In this document: positions 1-8,126 of the stretch, in pieces | Numbering within the stretch: the stretch's first letter is position 1 | Layout: each line of letters begins with the position of its first letter | Source: Spirochaetaceae bacterium | GTDB taxonomy: Bacteria > Spirochaetota > Spirochaetia > DSM-27196 > PWMO01 | Direction of reading: 5' to 3' | Assembly (NCBI GenBank): GCA_007693485.1 | Contig: REDM01000163.1 | Location: forward strand, 3,036 to 67,035 | DNA length: 64,000 bases | Notes under the pieces: generated by a model | Told to the model about the DNA's origin: nothing | Databases searched by the model: none | What the model saw: the letters and a program-made list of their open reading frames with translations, nothing else | Made by a program: the position numbers and the translations under genes

Positions 1-1
1 G

Positions 2-130
2 CTGATCCATTACAGCCCCCGCTACACCAACCACGACCTCAAGATCCTCGAGCGCGAGGCCCGAGTCCACTTCCCACACTCATTTCTGACCAAGGATCGC
101 CAGCACATCCCGATTCCGAACGTCGACTGA
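2..130 (+). CDS. 3' end of an MBL-fold hydrolase, RNase Z-like (partial, start lies outside the window)
   Basis: Frame 2 reads LIHYSPRYTNHDLKILEREARVHFPHSFLTKDRQHIPIPNVD* with TGA at 128-130. The H-[FY]-S-x-R-Y motif followed by ..A..vFP....A.D..i.i resembles the usual C-terminus of RNase Z/ElaC-type proteins. Confidence 0.5.
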   Translation: MIHYSPRYTNHDLKILEREARVHFPHSFLTKDRQHIPIPNVD

Positions 131-140
131 CGAGGAAAGA

Positions 141-1103
141 ATGATCGAAATCACCGATATTCACAAGCGCTACGGATCGGTAGAGGCGGTTCGCGGTGTC
201 AGCTTTGCGGTTGGCCCCGGCGAGATAGTCGGTCTGCTCGGGCCCAACGGGGCAGGGAAGACCACGATCCTCAAGATCCTGACCGGGTATCACTACCCCG
301 ACGCGGGTAGTGCCCGCATCGCCGGCGAAAATGTGACCGAGCGACCGCGCCACGTAAAATCGCACCTTGGGTATCTTCCCGAGAACGCGCCGCTCTACGG
401 AGAGCTGACGGTGGCAGAATACCTGCGGTTCCTGGCTGAAGCGCGCGGGGTTCCCCGTGAAGCGATTACTGCGCGCTGCAGTGACGCGGCGGTTGCCTGC
501 GGCGTGACCGAGGTTCTGCACCGCCGGATCGCCACGCTCTCCAAGGGGTATCGGCAGCGCACCGGGCTCGCGCAGGCGATGCTGCACGATCCCGACATTC
601 TGATTCTGGACGAACCAACCAGCGGTCTCGACCCCAACCAGATTGTTGAGATGCGCCGCCTGATTCGAAGCCTGGGGCAAGAGAAGACCGTCATCCTCTC
701 GTCGCACATCCTGCAGGAGGTAGAGGCCGTATGCGACCGGGTGCTGATTCTGCATCAGGGACGAATCGCTGCCGCGGGTACCGCCGAGCAGATTTCCGTC
801 GAGGTGGCCGGCGGCGGCAGATGGCGAATCACACTGATTGTACCCGGATCAACCGAAGAAACTGTGCCCACGCTCTTTTCCTCGCTTCCTGGCTGTACCG
901 CCGTGGAGGAGGTCCGCCGTGAGCCGCTTGGCGGACGCACCCGGGTCTCCGCGGAGGTAGCTCTCGGTGATTCCGGTGGGCAGGACCCCGGTGAGGTCAT
1001 ATTTGACTGGGCGTGTCATCAGGGGTACAAGCTGGTCGAGGCAGCGCCGGTCCAGCGCCGGCTCGAAGAGCTGTTCACGCGGCTCACCGGGGAGGCTCCA
1101 TGA
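141..1103 (+). CDS. ABC transporter ATP-binding protein (ABC-2 / GldA-like subfamily)
   Basis: Walker A GPNGAGKT, ABC signature LSKGYRQR, Walker B ILILDEPTSGLD. The stop overlaps the next start (ATGA at 1100-1103). Confidence 0.9.
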   Translation: MIEITDIHKRYGSVEAVRGVSFAVGPGEIVGLLGPNGAGKTTILKILTGYHYPDAGSARIAGENVTERPRHVKSHLGYLPENAPLYGELTVAEYLRFLAEARGVPREAITARCSDAAVACGVTEVLHRRIATLSKGYRQRTGLAQAMLHDPDILILDEPTSGLDPNQIVEMRRLIRSLGQEKTVILSSHILQEVEAVCDRVLILHQGRIAAAGTAEQISVEVAGGGRWRITLIVPGSTEETVPTLFSSLPGCTAVEEVRREPLGGRTRVSAEVALGDSGGQDPGEVIFDWACHQGYKLVEAAPVQRRLEELFTRLTGEAP

Positions 1104-1822
1104 GACGAACACTGACTCTGGCGCGCAAGGAGTTCATCGCGATGTTCCGCACGCCGGTGGCTTACCTGGTGATCGCGCTCTTTCTGACTGTGGCGTCGCT
1201 CTGGTTCTTTGGTGTGCATCAGTTTCTGGGGCGAAACGTTGCCTCTCTGCGCGCCTACTTCGCCGTGGTGCCGCTGCTCTTTGTCGTACTGCTGCCGGCC
1301 CTCACCATGCGCAGCTGGGCCGAGGAGCGATCGTCAGGCACCGCAGAACTCCTGCTCACCCTGCCGTTCAGCGAGCTGCAGCTGGTGGCGGGCAAGTTTC
1401 TCGGCGGGTTCGCCCTGGTGTGTGTGATGCTGATTCCAACGCTGCTGGTTCCGCTGAGTGTCGCACCGCTGGGGCGCTTTGACCCGGGGCCCATTATTGG
1501 GCAGTACTTGGGAACGGTACTCCTGGCTGCTGCGGGGCTTGCGGTGGGGCAGTGTGCGTCGGCGGTATCGCGGAATCAGATTTCGGCCTTTCTTTCCGCC
1601 GCAGCCCTGCTGATGGTGCTGACGGCGTTTCACGTGGTCAATGCCGTTGTACCGCTGCCGCCGACCGTTGCCGCCACGGTCAACCAGATCTCGTTTCTGT
1701 ATCACTTCTCCGGGTTCGAGCGGGGCGTCATCGACAGCCGCGCGGTGATCTACTTCCTGGTTGTAGTCGGGGCGTCGCTTGGGTGGACCACCCATGTGCT
1801 GGCAATGCGACGATGGAGGTGA
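1100..1822 (+). CDS. ABC-2 type transporter permease (GldF-like)
   Basis: ATG at 1100 overlaps the ATPase stop, so I prefer it over the track start at 1013. The product is multi-pass hydrophobic and begins MRRTLTLARKEFIAMFRTPVAYLVIALF, typical of ABC-2 permeases. Confidence 0.8.
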   Translation: MRRTLTLARKEFIAMFRTPVAYLVIALFLTVASLWFFGVHQFLGRNVASLRAYFAVVPLLFVVLLPALTMRSWAEERSSGTAELLLTLPFSELQLVAGKFLGGFALVCVMLIPTLLVPLSVAPLGRFDPGPIIGQYLGTVLLAAAGLAVGQCASAVSRNQISAFLSAAALLMVLTAFHVVNAVVPLPPTVAATVNQISFLYHFSGFERGVIDSRAVIYFLVVVGASLGWTTHVLAMRRWR

Positions 1823-1826
1823 GGAC

Positions 1827-3311
1827 ATGACTACGAAGGCAAAGCAGCGAGTGCTGTTCATACTCACCATGGTGCTGTTGCTCATGATCTGGCTCAACAG
1901 CGCGCACTACTTCGCCCGAATCGATCTCAGTGCAGACCGTACGCACTCGCTCTCCCCGGTGTCGCGTAACCTTGTTCGCGAACTCGGACAACCGGTGCGC
2001 GTAACCTACTACCTCTCCGATCGGCTGCGCGCGCGCGCGCCCGAGACTGAGCTTCTCATCGACCTTCTTCGCGAGTACGCCACCCATTCCCGTGGGATGG
2101 TAAGCCTCTCCATTCTGGATCCGGTAATCGCGGGTCTTACCGCGGATGCAGAGGCGCTTGGCATCGTTCCACAGCAGATCCAGGTGATTGAGCGTGATCA
2201 ACAGAGCCTTGCCACGGTGTACACCGGTGTGGTGATCGAGTACCTCGACCGCAGACGGGTCCTGCCGGTCGTCTTTGATCCGAGCACGTTCGAGTACGAC
2301 GTTACCTCAGCCATCCGCAACCTGGTCTCCGATCGTACTCCAGTCATTGGGATCCTGCTTGGCCGTCGCGAAGAAACTCCTGAGCGCGAGTATCAGATCC
2401 TCGTTGGGGAACTCGGACGAACCCACCTGCTGCGCCGCATCGAGATCGGCGAACCGATTCCACCAACCATCGATGCGCTCTTTGTGGTTGGCGCCCGTGA
2501 CATCGGACCCGCAGCGGCGGAACCCATCCGCGAGTTTCTCGACAGCGGAGGGAACGCGCTGTTTGCGGTGTCGGGGGTGGACGTGGATCTGGACACACCG
2601 GCCCTTCCTGCGGAAACCGCTTCCGGCTCGCTATTTGATCTGTTGCGCGAGCGGGGCGTGAACGTTCGTCATGAACTGGTGCTGGACCGCGCGCATCGCA
2701 CCATTCCGGTGACGCAGGAAATTGGCACCGCCCGCGTTCAGACGCTCCAGCCCTATCCTCACTGGATCAGTGTAACCGCCGCAAACCCCGATCACCCTGT
2801 CACGGCCGGTTTCTCCGAGCTCGATCTCTTCTGGTCGAGCCCGATCGACGTGGGGCTCGCCGACGATAACCGGATCGAGGTGCTGCTTGAGACAACGGGG
2901 CAGGCGTGGCTGATGGGCGAACCCTTTATCACCGCGCCGCAGCAGGCGGCTGGTTTCGAACGCGATGCGCGCGCCACTCGTGGTCGATACGTGCTGGGTG
3001 TGGCGTTGACTCACCCCGGGAGGGTGGTGGTAATCGGAGACGACAACTTTCTCAGTAACCTGATCCACTACACGGGTAGTGCGCACAACATCGATGTTGT
3101 CGAACGAATCGCCGGATGGCTGACACTCGATGATGATCTTGCATCGCTTCGGGCCCGCCCGCGCGGCGAGAGGCGGCTTGACCGGATTGACGACCCCGCA
3201 CGGCGACTGAGGGTTGGGCGAACTGCGGCGGTGCTGAATACCGTGCTGGTGCCCGTTGTGGTTGTTGTTGGGGGTGTGGTGTTGAACATTCGTCGCAGGA
3301 GGACTTCGTGA
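1827..3311 (+). CDS. GldG-like ABC transporter auxiliary protein (ABC_transp_aux family)
   Basis: ATG at 1827 lies 5 nt after the permease stop. N-terminal TM, then RIDLSADRTHSLSPVSRNLVRELGQPVRVTYYLS (typical GldG N-terminal block), and a C-terminal TM anchor. Its position after the ATPase and permease fits the family. Confidence 0.7.
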   Translation: MTTKAKQRVLFILTMVLLLMIWLNSAHYFARIDLSADRTHSLSPVSRNLVRELGQPVRVTYYLSDRLRARAPETELLIDLLREYATHSRGMVSLSILDPVIAGLTADAEALGIVPQQIQVIERDQQSLATVYTGVVIEYLDRRRVLPVVFDPSTFEYDVTSAIRNLVSDRTPVIGILLGRREETPEREYQILVGELGRTHLLRRIEIGEPIPPTIDALFVVGARDIGPAAAEPIREFLDSGGNALFAVSGVDVDLDTPALPAETASGSLFDLLRERGVNVRHELVLDRAHRTIPVTQEIGTARVQTLQPYPHWISVTAANPDHPVTAGFSELDLFWSSPIDVGLADDNRIEVLLETTGQAWLMGEPFITAPQQAAGFERDARATRGRYVLGVALTHPGRVVVIGDDNFLSNLIHYTGSAHNIDVVERIAGWLTLDDDLASLRARPRGERRLDRIDDPARRLRVGRTAAVLNTVLVPVVVVVGGVVLNIRRRRTS

Positions 3312-4348
3312 CCTATCGCGTACGCGTACTCCTGCTCTCGCTTGCCATTGGAGTACTGGCCCTCACCTGGCTGGTCGGAATGACCGGCCGCGGCCGTCGC
3401 AGCGCCCCGCCCGGTGCGGGAATCCCGCTGGTTGCTCCCGGCGCCCTGCCTGCGGTGACCACGGTGGAAATCGACGGTGCCGAGGCGATTCGGCTGGAGC
3501 GGGATCGCGTTGAAAACGGGCGGTGGTGGATCACGCTGGATGGCCGGGCGCTCCCGGCGCGGGGGAGTCGCATTGAGGAGTTTCTGCAGACCCTCGGTGA
3601 GCAGCAGACCGAGTCTCGTGTTGCGGTGTCTGCCGCGGGATGGCCACAGTTTGGTGTCGATGATCCAATATTGGTGCGGTTGTTCGACCCGGTCGGGCGC
3701 GATGTTGCGGAGCTCTTCTTTGGCCGTCGCAGTGACGCAGGACGTGGGGGGTATCTTCGCTTCGACACCGGGCAGGAGGTCTACCGCGTGGGTGACGCGC
3801 CGTTCTTTGCCATCGAGCGTAGTGCGGTCTACTGGTCAGACCTTCGCCTGCTTCCCCCCGGATTAACCGAGGATCGCGTGGCGGCAGTTCGGATCCGATC
3901 CGACATTGCCGCCATCAACGATCTGTCCCGGCGCTTTACGTACGCTCTGGTGCGGGGGAGTGGTGGGGAGTGGATTGTTGATGGTCCCGCCGGTCGTGTA
4001 CCCGCTCACGCGACGCGGGCGAGAGAGCTGATCACCGCGATACTGACGCTGGAGGGTTCGCGCTTTGCCGCGTCCGGCAGCCCCACCACCGACGGCCCCC
4101 GCGACACGGGTGTCGACAGCACCGTGACCGATCCACGTTTGACCACCGTGGACCGAGCGGTGATCGAGGTGGAACTCTTTGACGGGCGGCGGGCTTCCCT
4201 GACCATTGATGCGTACGGTGAACGTCTCTGGATCCAGCCGTCGGGGGTGCTGGCACCGGTGGACGGAGACGGGAGACCGGTTGCGTTTGAGTTTGCGCCG
4301 TGGAGCGCGGAACGGGTGCTCCGCCCCGTGGAAGACCTGGTGCAATAG
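3308..4348 (+). CDS. DUF4340-like protein (usual fourth gene of GldA/F/G-type ABC clusters)
   Basis: GTG start at 3308 overlaps the upstream stop (GTGA). Single N-terminal TM. The family call rests mainly on position and size. Confidence 0.5.
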   Translation: MTYRVRVLLLSLAIGVLALTWLVGMTGRGRRSAPPGAGIPLVAPGALPAVTTVEIDGAEAIRLERDRVENGRWWITLDGRALPARGSRIEEFLQTLGEQQTESRVAVSAAGWPQFGVDDPILVRLFDPVGRDVAELFFGRRSDAGRGGYLRFDTGQEVYRVGDAPFFAIERSAVYWSDLRLLPPGLTEDRVAAVRIRSDIAAINDLSRRFTYALVRGSGGEWIVDGPAGRVPAHATRARELITAILTLEGSRFAASGSPTTDGPRDTGVDSTVTDPRLTTVDRAVIEVELFDGRRASLTIDAYGERLWIQPSGVLAPVDGDGRPVAFEFAPWSAERVLRPVEDLVQ

Positions 4349-4365
4349 TCGACGGGCCGTCCCGC

Positions 4366-5532
4366 TTACCCGCTCTGCTGGGCGACGAAATCGCGGTATT
4401 TCTGTGGGTCGGCACGAAAGGCCAGAATGGTCTGTTGTTCGCTGTGTGCCTTCTGCAGCGCGTGCTGGGCCTCGCGAATCAGGCGGTCTGCTTCTACCAG
4501 GCGTCCCGACCGAGCGGTGATTCCGAAGAACGGTCGGCCGGGAAGGGGGGTGGCCTTGATCTCCGAATAGAAGTGCTCCACCTGCTTGATCGCCCGGTTG
4601 AGATCGGTGTTTGGCATCACCACGGCGAAACTGTCCTGTCCCTGTTCAAAGATCAGGTCCTCGAAGAGAAACTGCTCCACCATGGCGCGGGCACAGCTTC
4701 GGTACCCGTCGGTTCCGCGTGAGAGGCCGGGGAAGCGCGCATGCACAAACGCAAGGTCCTGGTCGTTGGAGGCGGCGCGCTCGAGTTCCAGCGCGAGTCG
4801 CCGCGGGAGGTGCGCTTCGTAGGTAAGACCGCTGTTTGGGTTGAACATGCCGGTCTGGCTGTCGCGATCGGCCGGCTGGTTGCCACGCCCCTCGGGTGCA
4901 GACCGTGGAGCGGCCGTTTGCGGTTCTGGCGGGGCCGAGCGGTCTGATTCTGGTGGGTGCGAATCGCGTGCGCCCGCCCTTCGTTGGCTGCGACCGCCGG
5001 CAAGCAGCACGACAACCGTTACTACCACGGTAAGAACCGCAAAGACGAGGACCGCGAGCAGGGTATCGTGGAAGAGGCGATACCAGATTGATGAGGGTAT
5101 CACCCGATAGACCGCCTCAACGATCACCGTTCGGCCGCCGGAAGCGGGAATACGCCGCGAAAGCGAGACCTCGGTGAGCTGATGATAGGTAAACTCGGGC
5201 GAGAGTGGTACCGGAAGTGCAGAGAGGTCATCTGCGAGGTAGCGACGATTCATCGACCAGAGATACTCGAGTCCACCCTCAAATGTATACACCGCTACGG
5301 CCCGCAGGGAGCTCCGTCCGGTTGTTGATGCGGCAAGTATGCGCTGAATGGCGATCGAGTCGAGCGGAGGGTCGTGATATTGAAGATCGCGAACTATGGA
5401 TGTGAAACGTGCCTCTGCCGCGGCGATCTCCCGGTTTCGGCTGTCATTCAGCCGTAACAGAAAGACCACCGAAAGGACCAGAACGAACAGCAGGGCACAC
5501 AGGGTGTACGCCGACGAAAAGGTGCGATTCAT
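4366..5532 (-). CDS. Two-TM membrane protein with a periplasmic segment and a C-terminal degenerate GGDEF-like domain
   Basis: TM at the N-terminus and at LLAVLVFAVLTVVVTVVVLLAG. The C-terminal region NSGLTYEAHLPRRLALELERAASNDQDLAFVHARF...FEQGQDSFAVVMPNTDLNRAIKQVEHF follows the GGDEF fold pattern, but the GG[DE]EF position reads GQDSF. Confidence 0.6.
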   Translation of the reverse strand: MNRTFSSAYTLCALLFVLVLSVVFLLRLNDSRNREIAAAEARFTSIVRDLQYHDPPLDSIAIQRILAASTTGRSSLRAVAVYTFEGGLEYLWSMNRRYLADDLSALPVPLSPEFTYHQLTEVSLSRRIPASGGRTVIVEAVYRVIPSSIWYRLFHDTLLAVLVFAVLTVVVTVVVLLAGGRSQRRAGARDSHPPESDRSAPPEPQTAAPRSAPEGRGNQPADRDSQTGMFNPNSGLTYEAHLPRRLALELERAASNDQDLAFVHARFPGLSRGTDGYRSCARAMVEQFLFEDLIFEQGQDSFAVVMPNTDLNRAIKQVEHFYSEIKATPLPGRPFFGITARSGRLVEADRLIREAQHALQKAHSEQQTILAFRADPQKYRDFVAQQSG

Positions 5533-5540
5533 ACATCCGC

Positions 5541-5546
5541 ATTATA
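5541..5546 (-). promoter_or_regulatory. Perfect TATAAT -10 hexamer 8 nt upstream of the ATG of the 4366-5532 gene (possible leaderless or near-leaderless transcript)
   Basis: The plus strand reads attata at 5541-5546 and the start codon is cat at 5530-5532. I see no convincing -35 element and no SD in the 8-nt gap. Confidence 0.3.
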
Positions 5547-5607
5547 GAGGAAAGTGCGTAAAAATGCACACTTTTCCGGTGACGAAACCCAATGATATGA
5601 TGGTCCC

Positions 5608-6486
5608 ATGCAAACGGTCCGTCCCCGTGGTCTTTCTCCTGGCTGGTACCCCGCTACCAGAAGCGGCGTCCTGCGTCAGTGTCGGCGCTGGGAGGAGTCG
5701 GTACGCACATCACCCGATGGAAAAAATGGCGCGTCCGCCGGGTTGGCCGCCGCAGAAGCGGCCGCGATACATGGTGCGGTGGTCGTTCCCCACGCCGGCT
5801 GGTCGTACTCGGGAGAGCTTGCGTTTCTTGGTTTCACACAACTTGGTTCCACGGTCGATACGGTAGTGGTGATCGGGGGGCACCTGGGCCCCGATGCCCC
5901 GGTTCTCCTTGCTGCCGAAGATCACTTTGCTACCCCACTTGGACGGATCGCCGCGGATCAGGAACTCTCCGACTGGATTCGGGCGGCGCTGCCGACACAT
6001 GACGACACAGACCGCGAGAACTCGGTTGAGATCCACCTTCCCATCGTACGATACCTCTTTCCTGAGGCGAGACTGGTCTGGCTGCGCGCTCCGGCCGGTC
6101 CGGTTGCCGTAGATCTTGGCCGGCGGCTGGCGCAATGGCCGCGCTCTGAACGGATTGCGGTGGTTGGCTCGACCGATCTCACCCACTATGGACCGCGTTT
6201 TGGACTGACGCGGCCCGGTTCAACCGAAGCCGCCCACCGGTGGGTGCGCGAAGAAAACGATCGCGGGTTTATTGACCGATGCTGTGCCGGAGATGGGGCA
6301 GGCGCGATCGAGCACGCCCTGCGAAACCACTCCGCCTGTTCGCCCGGCGCGGCTGCCGCTGCGATGGAGTTTGCCCGTGTGCGGGGGGCTGACGGCGGTC
6401 ATCTGATGCGGTACGCCACCAGTTGCGACGTGGCACCGGACGAGCATCTGGTGGGCTACGCGACCATCACCTATCCGACGAGCTGA
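5608..6486 (+). CDS. Memo-family protein (AmmeMemoRadiSam system protein B)
   Basis: N-terminal PGWYPA (AGxFYP-like) motif, then GAVVVPHAGWSYSGELA and VVVIGGHL blocks typical of the MEMO1 family. Confidence 0.75.
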   Translation: MQTVRPRGLSPGWYPATRSGVLRQCRRWEESVRTSPDGKNGASAGLAAAEAAAIHGAVVVPHAGWSYSGELAFLGFTQLGSTVDTVVVIGGHLGPDAPVLLAAEDHFATPLGRIAADQELSDWIRAALPTHDDTDRENSVEIHLPIVRYLFPEARLVWLRAPAGPVAVDLGRRLAQWPRSERIAVVGSTDLTHYGPRFGLTRPGSTEAAHRWVREENDRGFIDRCCAGDGAGAIEHALRNHSACSPGAAAAAMEFARVRGADGGHLMRYATSCDVAPDEHLVGYATITYPTS

Positions 6487-8126
6487 CGGATCAACTGCAC
6501 CGCCTCGCGTCGCGCCTGCTCCAGCGGATGGGGAGGCGTGCTGCCATGGAGGTTGGCGTTGGGGTGTGAGCCGGTGGCGCCGCTTCGGTGGTAGTATGCG
6601 GCCAGTGGGAAGAGTGTTGTCCAGAGGTTTTGCTCCTCTGCGCTGAGCTCGGACAGAAACCGCCATACCGGTTCGGTTGGCGCCGCCATTGTCGACAACT
6701 GCCCCGCATACTCGAGAAGGATCGCGCGGGTGCGGGTGCATATCGTGGTCGACCCACGCGAACCGGGCGCCGACGGCTGCCCATCCGGGTGCCCCGCGTT
6801 GGCGGCCGTTGGGGCCGCATCGGACTCCAGTGCGATCGTGAGTTGCTTCCGGTACCGGTCAAGAACCGCGGTTGTGTATCTGCCCGGGGTCTGATTCTCG
6901 TCCCACCGCACGCCGGGACGGTCGAGCACAAACCGGTACAACCAGCTGTGTGCGGGCTTCAGCCGACAGCCGTGCTGCACCGCGTGTACGGGCAGATAAC
7001 AGCCGCGTGCGTAGGCGGCGGCGCGAGGATACCCAAAGTCCGCGCCGATCACCGAGACCTCGCGTGCACCCAATGCCCGTGCCAGTCGTACCGCCGTGTG
7101 AGTGACGCTGCCGTCTCCGGTTGGCAGGTGAGGAATGCCAACACCCCGGGAGCGCAGCAGGGCGATCAGAGGATGGTCTCCGGCGACCCAGTGCACCCCG
7201 GCAAAGCGTCGAGCGACCGCAGGGGCGACGCCAAGATCGGCGACCAGGGTGCCGAGCGAATCCGGGTCGCCCATCGCGTGCAGATACGAGATCTGCTGCG
7301 CATCAACCGCGACGGTCAACGTTGGACGGACTCCCGCGGCGCTCAGCGCCGAGAGCGACGAATCGGTTGCAACGATGGCTTCATGGGGTTCCCGGCGCAA
7401 CAGGCTCGGCAGACTGTCATCCAGAGACGGCCCCGCGGCGGTAACCACCGCTCGGCTCAGACGGGGAAGCGATGGAGCCGGGCGGCCCGCGTGAATCAGA
7501 TTGATCACCATATTTCGCATCCAGCGCCGTCCGAAGAGCTGCTGAACCGAAAAGTCCCCAACCGACGCGTCAACTGCGTCGCGAACGGCCTGCGCGGCGG
7601 CGGAAAATCGTTCGGGGTCTGCGTCGACACGGCCTCGCAGGGGTACAACGCGCAGGTCTCCGTGGACAATCGGTACGTACCGGTCGGCTACCGTGTGTGC
7701 CAGGGTGCGGGGTTCTTCGTCGACCACCAGATTGACGCGGGGATCGTCAAACAGTCCATTGTGCGGCAACTTCTCCAACAGGGCGCGCACCATCCCAAGG
7801 TCATAGTCCACCACCAGAACCATCGTTACCGCGTCGTGCTGCAACAGACGGGCGATCTGGTGCCCCAGCCCGAGCCCCATGCAGACGATGAACCCCCGCG
7901 GTTCGATCGCCGCCACCGTGCGCTCGGCTTCCCGCTGCGGGTCGATGCGGGAGTGAAGCAGTCGTGGTGGCATCACCCCGTCCGCGCTTGCAGCTTCGGC
8001 GGTGAGTACACCGGTGCGAGCCGGGAAGACGCTGATCTGCCGGGCGGGAGCAACCCGCCGCAGGCGGTCCGCGAGATCGGCGTCTCGCTGTTCGATCGCG
8101 CGAAGGTGGCGCTCTACGCCGCTCAC
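6471..8126 (-). CDS. Motility-accessory-factor-like glycosyltransferase (Maf / DUF115, MptE-like), paralogue B
   Basis: AVVTAAGPSLDDSL and IVATDSSLSALSAAGVRPTLTVAVD blocks are paralogous to the upstream gene. GTG at 8126 forms a GTGA overlap with the upstream stop, so I prefer it over the track start at 8192. Confidence 0.7.
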   Translation of the reverse strand: MSGVERHLRAIEQRDADLADRLRRVAPARQISVFPARTGVLTAEAASADGVMPPRLLHSRIDPQREAERTVAAIEPRGFIVCMGLGLGHQIARLLQHDAVTMVLVVDYDLGMVRALLEKLPHNGLFDDPRVNLVVDEEPRTLAHTVADRYVPIVHGDLRVVPLRGRVDADPERFSAAAQAVRDAVDASVGDFSVQQLFGRRWMRNMVINLIHAGRPAPSLPRLSRAVVTAAGPSLDDSLPSLLRREPHEAIVATDSSLSALSAAGVRPTLTVAVDAQQISYLHAMGDPDSLGTLVADLGVAPAVARRFAGVHWVAGDHPLIALLRSRGVGIPHLPTGDGSVTHTAVRLARALGAREVSVIGADFGYPRAAAYARGCYLPVHAVQHGCRLKPAHSWLYRFVLDRPGVRWDENQTPGRYTTAVLDRYRKQLTIALESDAAPTAANAGHPDGQPSAPGSRGSTTICTRTRAILLEYAGQLSTMAAPTEPVWRFLSELSAEEQNLWTTLFPLAAYYHRSGATGSHPNANLHGSTPPHPLEQARREAVQLIRQLVG

